DNA from: an uncultured Nitrososphaeraceae archaeon | GTDB taxonomy: Archaea; Thermoproteota; Nitrososphaeria; Nitrososphaerales; Nitrososphaeraceae | DNA length: 64,000 nt | Assembly: GCA_963825865.1 (NCBI GenBank) | Contig: CAWGVG010000026.1 | Coordinates: forward strand, 215,448 to 279,447 | Direction: 5' to 3' | Shown here: positions 47,315-60,835 of the stretch, in pieces | Numbering within the stretch: the stretch's first letter is position 1 | Layout: every line of letters starts with the position of its first letter | Notes under the pieces: model-generated | Database searches by the model: none | The model's input: the letters and a program-made list of their open reading frames with translations, nothing else | What the model was told of the DNA's origin: nothing | Translations under genes and position numbers: made by a program

Positions 47315-48316
47315 CTGCTCTGTTGCATAATTCATTAGGATTTTAGGTTATGCAAACCGTTAGTAGGTCATTCGATTGAACATGTTATACAGAGCTGCCT
47401 TTAGGAGGATCTCTTTTACCATGTGAGGAAACTTTCTAGCTGTTACATGTTCACCAAATGTTCTTTTAATGGAAGAGAATGCTGTTTCTGCTATCCACCT
47501 GTACCCATAGCTCACGCTACGCTTCCATTTTTTGAGGTTTGTCTGTTGTTGTCTTACTACAGACATATTCCTAGCATGACAGTTAGTTGACTTGACCTTG
47601 GAATTACTTCTTGTCTTTATACCAGGCTTAATGTGGTTCTTTGATAGGTATCTAAAATTCTTATTGCTGTCGTACATACCATCTGCTAATATACCCTTCA
47701 GATTATTATTTTCAGAAGCATTGTCTACTAACTTCTTTAGCATCTTACCATCATGTACCTCTTCACTTGTTACCTCCAGAGATACAATTCTTTTCTTCTC
47801 GATATCAACTGCTATGTGTATCTTTAGATATCCTTTTCTGACATGCCATTTGTGGTGCATCCATTCCCCTCGATTAGTACCTTAATGCCGGTGCTGTCTA
47901 AAGCAATGACAATATCATTTCCTAATTTTTCATCGATTTTAATCTCTAGCCTGTTTATACGTCTATTAATGGTACTATAATGTGGTGTGTTTGATACTTC
48001 TTTACTTGCATGAGCTATGACTACACCCTGTGTTTGTCTATATGGTAGATGGAAATATGCTCTCATGTAACCTAGAAGCTGAATAAATGAATTTGGGTAG
48101 CAGTAGGGCTCACCAACCTTACCAAGGTTCATTTGACATAATTCATGATCCCATCCATCAAGTACATCAAAATCCAAGAGTACTTGACCACGCCTAACTA
48201 GTGATTCATTATAGCAAGGCCAGTCAACCATACCAGAATAATTAATACTAGCAAGCTAAATGGTGAGTGGTCAAATAAGTATCACTTACAAGATAATTAA
48301 TCATGCAACAAAGCAG
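47315..48316 (-). mobile_element. IS5-family (IS903-like) insertion sequence; transposase 48231-47360 with a frameshift near 47875
   Basis: TIRs ctgctctgttgcataatt (47315) and the reverse complement of aatcatgcaacaaagcag (ending 48316) match 16/18. Motifs DWPCYNESLVRRG, ALDSTG, LADGMYD and RWIAETAFSSIK. No target duplication is visible. Confidence 0.92.
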
Positions 48317-48349
48317 TATTTTTAGAAAATAAAATAAAAAAGAATATTT

Positions 48350-49861
48350 TTACGAGATGCTTTTTCCAAGAGTATGTCTGAGTGCTAAGTCTAAATATGG
48401 AAAACGAAATTGGTATCTGCTGGTTTTAGTAAGGCGAATTGGCATAATTCTAGCACTAGATAGGAGCAAAGCATCCGCTAATTGTTCCCCTAATGCTGCC
48501 TTTATGATAAATTTCGGAATAGAGAAAATTGTAGGCCTTGATAAAACCTTGCCTAATATTTTTGTGAAATCTGAATTACTAACAGGATTAGGAGCTACAG
48601 CATTTATCGGACCTATAAGGGATTCATCCGCAATAACATGTAAAATTATTCCAAGCAAATCATCTAGTGCAATCCAACTTATGTATTGATTGCCATCACC
48701 AATATTACCACCAAATCCCATTTTAAAAGGAATAAGGATTTTTGCTAATATTCCCCCTGATGCAGATAAAACTACACCAATTCTCAAATTAACAACACGT
48801 ATTCCTGCTTCTTTAGCCACCTGGGTAGCTTCCTCCCACTGTGAACTAACTTCTGATAAAAAATTAACAGAAGGTGAAGTGCTACTACTACTGCTGCTGG
48901 TGGTGTTGGGGGAAGCAGCAGGACAGCTAGGACTGCTGTCTTCTGTTAATAATTCATTGCCTCTATCACCATAATATCCAGTAGCAGATGCAGATACCAG
49001 TATCTGAGGAGGCTTATCAAGAGAAGCTAAAGCTTTGCATAGAGATTTGGTAGTGTTTACTCGACTCTCTAAAATTCTCTTCTTCTTTTCCTTTGTCCAT
49101 CTTCCAAATACATTTTCTCCAGCAAGGTTAACTACTGCATTAATAACAGTGCGATTATTATCATCTGTCTTTGAAGATGGTACACCAATGGATTCTGAAG
49201 AAGAAGGATTCCATCGAATAGATTGTACACTCGCTGTGCTTTCATCAGGATTTGGCCGCCTTCTTAATAACCGTATCACTTTATGACCTCCAGTAGTTAG
49301 AAACGGTATTAATGAAGAACCAATAAAACCACTAGAACCGGTAATTGCTATAGTCATAGAAGGCTTATCATCTTTTCTTCTTATTATTTTATTTATGATA
49401 GAATGATGATTGTGAAGATCCTGTTCTGTAATACGATGTCGATAATCAAAGATTTTCTGCAATTTTTTATTGACTAGATTGCGAGCGATTAAGCCTCCTA
49501 GCGGACCCCCAGGTAAAGAATATTCTATGTGGTCCTGCAGTTGACATGAAGATGATCCAAACGGCTCAAATAGATGAGTATGTGTCCATGAAGAAAAAAG
49601 CCCTGATACCTGAACATCTCGAAATTGCTTGCCTTCTATATAATCAGAATGCTTAACAACCCATTTCATACGTAGCGGGCCAAAACCCATCATTCTGATC
49701 TTAACGACACCATTATTTTGAACACCTCCTTTGCGTTCAATTACGGTAAATGGCTGCCACGGAGGATTTAGCCGCTCAAATGCGCCTTCTCGCGTATGCC
49801 ATAAAAATACTTCTTTTAATGGTATATTGTCTATTCGAGTTACCCGTGTAAAAGATTCCAT
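48350..49861 (-). CDS. SRPBCC domain fused to a TIGR01777 (YfcH/SDR39U1) NAD-dependent epimerase-like domain
   Basis: WHTREGAFERLNPPW, ITGSSGFIG, VNLAGE, SASATGYYG and Q.ISWI.LDD. Confidence 0.92.
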   Translation of the reverse strand: MESFTRVTRIDNIPLKEVFLWHTREGAFERLNPPWQPFTVIERKGGVQNNGVVKIRMMGFGPLRMKWVVKHSDYIEGKQFRDVQVSGLFSSWTHTHLFEPFGSSSCQLQDHIEYSLPGGPLGGLIARNLVNKKLQKIFDYRHRITEQDLHNHHSIINKIIRRKDDKPSMTIAITGSSGFIGSSLIPFLTTGGHKVIRLLRRRPNPDESTASVQSIRWNPSSSESIGVPSSKTDDNNRTVINAVVNLAGENVFGRWTKEKKKRILESRVNTTKSLCKALASLDKPPQILVSASATGYYGDRGNELLTEDSSPSCPAASPNTTSSSSSSTSPSVNFLSEVSSQWEEATQVAKEAGIRVVNLRIGVVLSASGGILAKILIPFKMGFGGNIGDGNQYISWIALDDLLGIILHVIADESLIGPINAVAPNPVSNSDFTKILGKVLSRPTIFSIPKFIIKAALGEQLADALLLSSARIMPIRLTKTSRYQFRFPYLDLALRHTLGKSIS

Positions 49862-50092
49862 TATGTGTCTATATATTTTACTTTATAGATAAAGAAAATG
49901 TTTATCTGGATTTGAATTTGATGACTATAACTGAAAAATACAATATAGTTCATAGCTTCGTTCATATTTTTTGGACACGTGCGAACTTCTTTTTTGTGCA
50001 GATAAATGTATTTGCAATTACGATGAAATGTTATGTTGTAGTCGTAGTCCAAGTCATCAATTATCTGTAAACAGTCAATAGACTGTCATATG

Positions 50093-51320
50093 TCACTTTT
50101 TAAAGAAGTAGTCTGTTATTCTTGCTTGCTCTCTTCTATTCTTATAGATTTTACTATTTCTCATAAATTCATTTTTGGATATAGACATATTAGTGATTGC
50201 AAATGATAGCGCTTGCTCAAAATTATCAAATTGCTGCCTTTTTTCCTTTTCCTTTTCCTTTAAGGGCTTCTCTTATTCCTTCTCTTATCTGCCATACTCC
50301 TACGGGCATTACATATTCTGGACGAATTTCTCTTAGAATCAATACTGCTGCTTTTTTCCTTCTTTTGAATAGATGCTCTGTGACACCTAACCTTGCAGCA
50401 AAATATGCTCCATCTATGGAAGGATAATGATCTAAACCTTTTGCATCCTCAAAGTCTACACCAATTCCCAAATTTCCATTATTATCAAACCATATCTCTT
50501 GCATCTCAAAGCTCCATACATTATCTGGGAACAATATAATGGAATAATAATTACCTAGATGATAGTATCTATATATTTCAAAGAAATCTATCGCTTGGTA
50601 GGCCTCCTCTGCTATACGTTTTATCAAACTAGTAGAAATAATATCATCTGTAGCAGAGATGCTCCATCTAGTGGGCACCAACCTTCTGTTTTTTTGTAAT
50701 CCTAGCATTCCCATGCTTAGAACTCTGTGGATTCTACTAACCTCAATTCCATATCGGTGGTAAAGACGAACTATTGCCTGAGTAGCACACAGATCTTTAT
50801 CATAAAAAGCATTTTCCAATCTCTGATCTACTGAAAGTGATGAGGATGTTTTGAAGGCCTTTAAAGGCGCAACTGGGCCAAAAGGGGCTGAATCAATATC
50901 TAAACCTGACTCTTTCTCCTGTTCTATATCTACAATAGGTCTCCTTTCAAATGTTGCCTCACTTTCAGCTGATTTACTACCCATCGCTAATTCCTGTAAG
51001 GATTCTATATACCTCCCAGATGTTGTATGAATATTGATGTCCGATACTCCTCTTACAAGAGATAAACGATAATTAACAATTTCTTCAATACTTTTACCAA
51101 GCCACATCTCTGGCATATCGAGTATAGCAGTGTTTCCATGTACTGGTGGTATCATTGGTCCAACTTTTACTTTTTTAGGATAACCATATCGTCCGACAAA
51201 AACTGAAGGTGGCGTAGCGCCAGAAAGTGTTTCTAATGATAGGTTGGTTGAATTTGCATTAAGAAAGTGAATCCAATTTTTTTCTAGCCGTTTTTTAATA
51301 TCTTGAGCTGTTGTAGGCAC
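50093..51320 (-). CDS. nreA: Archaeal DNA repair protein NreA, frameshift near 50240
   Basis: PPSVFVGRYGYP, RRLVPTRWSISATDD and YVMPVGVWQIRE. The shifted frame ends with the PIP box QARITDYFFKK* at 50093. Confidence 0.92.
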
Positions 51321-51784
51321 GCCGTGTCTATTCTAGATAAATGCAAAACTTTAAATAAAAATTATTTGAACATATGCTATCGGAATAATGATAATAATAT
51401 AATTCTGATCAACATACTCTACACTATTATAATTCCCTTAACTGTCATAGGTCTCACGGTAAGGTTACTCTAAACCTTAATTGCCATTTATTTAGTGATA
51501 ATAGTATATTGATAACAGTATACTATTATGATAATTGAAATATTGATAACAGTATATGTAAATAAACGGTATAAATGGTCAAGTTAGTAATTTTGTGTTG
51601 TTACGTTTGCTAAGAAACATTACCGACATGAAAATATTGAAAATGGTATTGCGAATTATGTTTAATTATAATAACATATACTATAGTATACTCTTGATGA
51701 ATAGTGAGCTATCATACTATATTAAAAAATAGATTAAATAATTAATCCTATCTTTTAAAAATATTTTGTGAAATATGTTTCTGA

Positions 51785-51985
51785 ATGCAAGTAGATTGCA
51801 ATGATAGGAAAAAGAAATGGATAAATAAAAAATTGTTTGGATGCCCGGTGTGTCAACGATCTCGATATGTTGTACTCACAGAAACTATTAAAAACAAATA
51901 TTTCCAATATCGCGAATTATATTGTCACTTCTGCAATATTTTATTTTCGCCAGTACATGCAGTAGCCCCAATTGAGATAAAATAG
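51785..51985 (+). CDS. Small zinc-finger protein (CPVC...CHFC)
   Basis: Two CxxC pairs in 66 aa. Confidence 0.55.
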   Translation: MQVDCNDRKKKWINKKLFGCPVCQRSRYVVLTETIKNKYFQYRELYCHFCNILFSPVHAVAPIEIK

Positions 51986-52204
51986 TTTAAAACGATTACT
52001 CAAATGCTTTGTCCAATTCATCCGAGGTTATAGCTGACAATTCGGTTAGAACATCTGTATTCAAACTTACTAACTGTCTTCCTGATGAAGAATGGTTTGC
52101 CACCGTATTGTGAAATGCCAGATGGAAGAACTGTGTTGTTTGTACACCTTGCACTTCCAGTGACGGCTCAAAAGGCGATTCAAATGTTGATAGGAAGAGT
52201 GTTC

Positions 52205-52515
52205 TTAATCATTTTTAAGGTAATAGACAAGAGATAAACCTATTTTTTTACCTGTCATCTTTTCTGCATATTTTAATAAAGGAACCATTTTGTCGAGTAG
52301 TTTAGAAGCATTCCCATTTATTTTTGGGCTTTTGGCTAAATTTCCATTTATATACCAACCTATGATTCCCAGCATATTGAAGAAGAACATTCGCTCTATA
52401 GTAAACTGTGCTTTTCTAATTTTGGATTCTAAATCCTTTTTTTCGTATCTTCTAAAATGATCTACGTTTGTATCTATCATGTTATAAAGAAATTTATGGC
52501 AAGGTACTTCATGTC
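52205..52515 (-). pseudogene. C-terminal fragment of a class I SAM methyltransferase
   Basis: VPCHKFLYNMIDTNVDHFRRY...FNMLGIIGW; no SAM-binding N-terminus upstream. Confidence 0.65.
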
Positions 52516-52733
52516 TTATTGGCTTATTAGAGTAGATGTCAAGTATTGCGTCCTTTGATTGATTACTTGATTGTTGCCGTAGTACTCGAGCCTCAATGCA
52601 GCAATGACCATCAACCACATACCATAACTGAATGTACTACTTACGGGATTAATTAAAAATATTGCTAACAGAAATGAGAAAGGAAGGTGCTGGCAGTATG
52701 AAAATCTTTTACCTCTGGCGAGGCGCGGTACAG

Positions 52734-55081
<2,348 letters not shown>

Positions 55082-55690
55082 ACTGGAGTTTCACCAGTTC
55101 TCAGTAGTATTTCGTGACAGATAAAGATTGGCATGGATGAGTAATTTTATCAAATCATGAGGCTCTGTTAAAGCATTCTAGTGTTTTGTCGTAAATAACC
55201 AAAATATTTTCTAAATAAAATTTCTTAGCACAATATCAGTTCTTAAAATGGATTATAACTTCTAGCCTGGCGCGCGTCATTATCTAAAATCATAACATAC
55301 AAAATTGAAAATCACTTATTAAAAGACCATTATAATAATGGCAATGTTGTGTATATTATAAAATAGCTTCATCTTCTTTATAGTCTATCTATACTTCTGA
55401 TGGAAGGTACCTTAATAAGATTTTTTGTATTCATTACAACCTTTTAATATTTTCAAATTCTAAATCTATTAGTCTTTAACGAGAGTAACAAGAGATTTTG
55501 AAATTGAATATATTACATGAGTATTCTTCTGTCGCGCACTTCCATTAAATATCTGACGCGTATTTTTTGGAGGTTTGCTCATACAAAGTATTTAGAGTAT
55601 GAGTAAGTAAATGCAATAAAAACACAAATAGATCATCTCATTTTGAATATATAATTGATAAATCATATTAAATGCATTAAGTAATGGATT

Positions 55691-55855
55691 ATGGAAGCAT
55701 TATTTTATCATGGGACAAATGATGCTCAAATAGTCTATAAACCTCTTCCCAATATTCATGGACAAGACGAAATTATACTACATGTTATTTCAACTGCTAT
55801 TTGTGGCTCCCATTTGCATGTTTATCATGGTATCTTAAAGAGAAGAGAACCGTAA
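55691..55855 (+). pseudogene. N-terminal fragment of a Zn-dependent alcohol/formaldehyde dehydrogenase
   Basis: MEALFYHGTND...ISTAICGSHLHVYHG followed by a stop; the family motif is TAICGSDLH. Confidence 0.7.
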
Positions 55856-55870
55856 AAAGGTAATAATTAT

Positions 55871-56329
55871 ATGAAAGATAATATGATTCACAGTGTTAAT
55901 AAAGACAAAGAAGTCAAATTTACTAAAAAAGAAAAGAAGTTCCTTTTAGAAAACGAAGCATGTAGAGTGGGCACCTCACACAATGATATCCCACATATTA
56001 CTCCTGTTACATATATTTATGAAAATAATTCCTTCTTTATTGCTACAGATTATGATACTAGGAAATACAAAAACCTCAAAGCCAACAAAAATATTGCATT
56101 AGCAGTGGATATTTACAACTCATCAGTTGAGAATAAAGCAGTGGTTATTCAGGGTACCGTAGATATTATTGAAAGAGGCGAAGAATTCAAAAGGCTCTAT
56201 CAAAAATTTGACAAGAAATTTGAATGGGTCAGAAACGATCCATGGAAAGAAGGCGAGGCTCCATTTATAAAAATAAAGCCTTTCAGTAAGGTAAGTTGGG
56301 GACTAGAGGAGAATGACGAAGAGAAATAA
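55871..56329 (+). CDS. Pyridoxamine 5'-phosphate oxidase-like split-barrel flavin/F420-binding protein
   Basis: PHITPV, RKYKNLKANKNIALAVD, VVIQG and VSWGL. Confidence 0.88.
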   Translation: MKDNMIHSVNKDKEVKFTKKEKKFLLENEACRVGTSHNDIPHITPVTYIYENNSFFIATDYDTRKYKNLKANKNIALAVDIYNSSVENKAVVIQGTVDIIERGEEFKRLYQKFDKKFEWVRNDPWKEGEAPFIKIKPFSKVSWGLEENDEEK

Positions 56330-56334
56330 CAGTA

Positions 56335-56555
56335 CTAATTATCATAGCTATTATCTTTTTCATTATTAAGCTCCTCTAATGTTGGAGCTCTATCATTAGC
56401 TGCTTGTCTTCCCTTCGGTAAACCTTTTGTTATTTTTTTCCATGGAATAGCTTTATCTGCGCAATCACAAAATACTTTTAGTGATTTCGCAAAATTCTTT
56501 AAAGTTGCAGCAGTTATTTCTTCATTTTCTACCCTTTCTTTCGGGAACTGCAAAC
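56335..56555 (-). pseudogene. Internal fragment of a thaumarchaeal tyrosine integrase
   Basis: KERVENEEITAATLKNF...IPWKKITKGLPKGRQAANDRAPTLEE, a recalled family motif; no catalytic part present. Confidence 0.65.
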
Positions 56556-57054
56556 GCTTCTGGTTCCATGATACTCTCACCGCCACAGGATTCGACAAGG
56601 GCGTTACCCCAAATAGCCATAGTACGCCATCGCCAATATTGTAATGTATGGCGCATCTGAAACGAAATATCTGTAATGCGTTTCATTCTGACTGGCTTTT
56701 ATACTCGGGTTATACGTGCAGTATCACTATAAACACATCGCTTGGTGCAAAGATTAAAGAATGAATTTATAGAGCATAATAACGCCTGCTTTTGGCGAAA
56801 ATGCAGCGCTATCAGAAGGAGGTAATACATCATTATCAAGGGATAGTTGGTATAAAATGTATAATTGAATTATGCAAGGCCCAGTTACCTATAATTCAAT
56901 ATAGTTTAATGTGTTTCATTCTGTTGAAAACCAGATACCAACTGTCGTAACAAATCGGCTTGAAGTAAAGTCATTAGAGAATGGCCAATTTCTCTTGATA
57001 TAGGATATAACTCCAGCTGGGATTTATATGTAGTCTTTAGAAAATAAATCAAAC

Positions 57055-57522
57055 TTGAAAAAGGATGAAGTGAAAGAACAAATATTAAAATGGCTTTCAC
57101 AAGAACAAGACTGGAAAGTTGAAGTTAGCACAGATCCTTATTACTACTTTACCTGTTTGGTTAGACTTTCTGAGAGCATGGGATGTAACATATGTATTGA
57201 AAATCGTATTGAACGAGTAAACGTTATAGGTACCGCAATGCTCTCTCAAAGCGATAGAATCAACTATAAACTAAGTGCTGAAAAGGATGAATTTTGGATA
57301 GATTTGAGGATGAACCTCATACACGTGGGAATCAATGTTGCTGCAATTCCAGATATCGAAAGTTTAGAAAGTATACAGCTAACTAAACCAATCTACTTTG
57401 ATGGTTTGTCACAGGATAAGTTTATAGATGTAATACTTAGGGTGACTGATGCTTTAGAACTAGCAGAGTTGATTTTTCGAAATTTTTCTGATGCTATGAG
57501 TCAACAGCTTCACAAGAGTTAG
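57055..57522 (+). CDS. DUF2299-like archaeal protein
   Basis: ILKWL at the N-terminus, FW.DLR and IYFDGLSQDKF. Confidence 0.55.
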   Translation: MKKDEVKEQILKWLSQEQDWKVEVSTDPYYYFTCLVRLSESMGCNICIENRIERVNVIGTAMLSQSDRINYKLSAEKDEFWIDLRMNLIHVGINVAAIPDIESLESIQLTKPIYFDGLSQDKFIDVILRVTDALELAELIFRNFSDAMSQQLHKS

Positions 57523-57676
57523 CCATTACACGCCTATGTGTTTAAGCATGTGATATGACGGTAATCCATCGGTTATCAAAGTTGCTGGAATTTTGTCTAT
57601 TTCAATTTAATGCATTATATCTTTAATTAATGGCTCTTCATTGAAAGTGGGTTGTCTTCTTTTGGCACATCATCTT

Positions 57677-57889
57677 CTATAGCTGAAATATCAAAGGCAT
57701 AAACAATGATTCGGCTGTGTATGACTCTCCTTTAGAGCTTGTTGCTTTGACATAATCCTTATTTTCGCTCCATCCAGATAGCATCTTGTTAAAGAGAAAT
57801 CTATTTTCTTCTCTAAGAGAGTATTCAAAGCCTTTCCATGATTCAATCTCTTTAGTTAGAACATCTTCTCCATTTTGAAATAGGCTCAT
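57677..57889 (-). CDS. Small conserved thaumarchaeal protein (KEIESWKGF..SLREE family)
   Basis: Helical motif WKGFEYSLREENR.LF..ML; the 3' end looks frameshifted. Confidence 0.55.
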   Translation of the reverse strand: MSLFQNGEDVLTKEIESWKGFEYSLREENRFLFNKMLSGWSENKDYVKATSSKGESYTAESLFMPLIFQL

Positions 57890-58252
57890 TGTCCTTTGAT
57901 TGATTCTTTTACCATTCTTTAAAAGAATTGAGAAGGGAGGGGATGTCTTGTATTTTCTATAGACAGCCTATTTATCATATGTACAATACGTTGAGCTAAC
58001 TCATTGCCACATAGATCCATCATCAAGATGGTAAATATCTCTGTCATTATCTTAAACTTTTTGAAATGATCATTTGGTAAAAATAATGGGTAGAAAATAA
58101 CTTGCTTGAGATAACCCTCCCAAGCAAATATGTTGTGTAAATATTATAAAGAAACATGATCTCAAAAGACATTTTCAGAAACTTTAGAATCTATGTTCTC
58201 TAATAACGAAAGAAAGTCTTATTAATTTCAAAAACATAGCACGTACACCCAA

Positions 58253-60434
58253 ATGTCGAAAAAAAGTTATTTGACACATGGGATAGTCATAGCAACCGCT
58301 ATAATCATAGTATTTTTTGAGGTATTACCGTTGACTAGTTGGATAGGTACAATAACGGAAATACAGAATGAAAACAGAATTTATGCAAATCAGAAGTATG
58401 ATGAGCATATAATAGCTGTTGTTACAACAACCGGAAGAAATACGATCCTGAATCTGGAAGGAACTTTTCCTCATACTAAAAAAAATAATTCGGACAATTT
58501 AGACCTTAGAATAGATGAAGACATAGTCAAAGCCTTGGAGGAAGATGCAAAGAGAAGAGGAATATCTATTAATAGTCTAGTCAACAATGCCTTAAAAAAT
58601 TACGTTACTTCTGATCAATATTTTGAAGAATTGGGGCAAAAACTCCCAAGGCAGCACAAGACAGAGATAGTCAGAGAATTTCAAGAAGAAAAAGAAAATG
58701 GTACTGCCCCCATTATTAGAACCAGAATATTAGAAAACCAAGCTGAAATGATCAAGGAAATAAAACGCAAGAACAATACTGCCAACAAGTTATCAATATG
58801 TACGGGATTTGGAGGAATGCAAATGAGTTACAACTACCTCTTTGACTCATACAAAAATCTAGTCGACAAAAATAGAAAAGAAGTGAAAGAAGAAGGTTAT
58901 AGACTGAGATGGATTACCCATCTAGACAAAGATAGCCTGAATTTGGTCAAAATATTCCTCAAAGCAGGAATACATGTAAGGCATATCAAAAATATGCCTC
59001 CATTAAGTTTCGGTATATCAGAGAATGAAGTGGCTATTACAATAGACAATATGATGGGAGGTAAGATGAGCCAGAGTTTCTTAATTAGCAATGAACCATT
59101 ATATGTAAACCACTTTAACTCTTTATTTGAACGGTTATGGAAAGATGGAATTAATGCTGAAGAGAGAATAAAGGATATTGAACGAGGAGCTGACTTTGCG
59201 AATATTGAAGTTATTCCAAGCTCAGCAAGAGCACAGGATCTGTATTTGGATATTATAAAGACTGCTTCAGAGGAAATATTATGGATATTTCCTACTGCCA
59301 ATGCTTTTATTCGTCAGGAAAAGATTGGAGCGATACAATTAGCAAAACAGGGAGCTAAAGAAAGAAATGTAAAAGTTAGAATATTGGTGCCTGAAAACAG
59401 ATTAATTGAACAAAAAGTACAGCAGGCTAAAAGATAATTGTCCTGACCACATAATAGATGTCAGACATATTGAGCAAATGACAGAGACTAAAGCCACAAT
59501 TCTAGTAGTTGATAGAAAAGCTTCATTGGTGATGGAATTAAGAGATGATTCAAAGACAACTTTTGTTGAAGCAATAGGATTATCAACATACTCTAATAGC
59601 AGAGCAGGTGTTTTATCTTATGTTGCAATATTTGAGAATCTTTGGGTACAATCTGATTTGTATCAACAAGTAAAAAATTCAAATGAACAACTTGTATCAG
59701 CTAATGAACAACTAAAACTTAATGATAAAATGCAAAAAGAGTTCATCAATGTAGCAGCCCATGAGCTAAGAACGCCTGTACAACCTATACTAGGATTATC
59801 TGATGTTCTTCTTTCTAAGACAGGAGATATTGAGCAGTACAAGGAATTACTAGATGCTATTAAAAGAAGTGCAAAAAGATTGCAAAGGTTAACAGAAAAC
59901 ATTCTAGACATTACAAAGATTGAAAGCCAATCACTTCAGCTGAGAAAGCAAAGAATTAATTTAAATGAAGTAATCCTTGGCGTTATTGCTGAACATGCAA
60001 ACCAAATTAAAAAAGTAAACAATGTAAATCTTAGTTTTATATCAAAAGATGACGATATGTATGTAGAAGCAGATAGATTAAGGTTATCTCAGGTTTTTGA
60101 CAATATTTTGAATAATGCAATCAAGTTTACTAAAGAAGGGAGTATAACTATTGCAGTACAAAGAAATAAAGAAGGTGGCAGTGGTGGTAATAATAATGAT
60201 GATGTTGAGGCCGTAGTTAGTGTAAAGGATACAGGCACAGGAATAGACCCTGAAATATTTTCTAGATTGTTTACAAAGTTTGCTACAAAATCTTTTGAAG
60301 GTACCGGCTTGGGTTTGTTTATCTCAAAGAGCATTATAGAAGCTCATGGTGGAAGGATGTGGGCTGAAAATAATGCTGATGGAAAAGGATCTAGTTTTTG
60401 CTTTAGCATACCATTAAGGAATAGAGATTTCTAA
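58253..60434 (+). CDS. Sensor histidine kinase with N-terminal TM segment and ribbon-helix-helix domain (frameshift near 59428)
   Basis: RHH LRIDEDIVKALEEDAKRRGISINSLVNNALKNYV, two TrmB/PLD-like domains, [16 protein letters not shown] and GTGLGL. Confidence 0.88.
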
Positions 60435-60835
60435 TATGATAATTAATGTCTGATACTGCATAGTTACACTAAAAATCACCATCTGGAACCACCGCTGTTA
60501 TGTCCTTTTTTTGCTAATATTGCAAAGACATAGCAAGCTATTCCGCAGGGATTGTATGGCTGACATAAGCCATCGAAATAAACTTGTATTTAGTTACAGA
60601 CCGCTCTTATCATCATCTTATCATATCCTCTGCATTTGCTTTAGCGTGAGTTTATTTCAATTTATTCGTCACTATTTTATTACCAATAATTTACGTCCTA
60701 AAACGGTATCAAATACTTATTAACATATTATTAGGGGTATTCAATTATAATTAAATTTTGAGCGAAATTCTATCAGGACTTTTTCCGTTCATTCATTTCT
60801 GGTTAAAATGTTGTCAGCTTATGTATTTTGAACCA

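Noticed and set aside
51480-51780. CRISPR array or replication origin
   Set aside because: Only two exact repeat units, no regular unique spacers, no cas or cdc6 gene and no ORB G-string.
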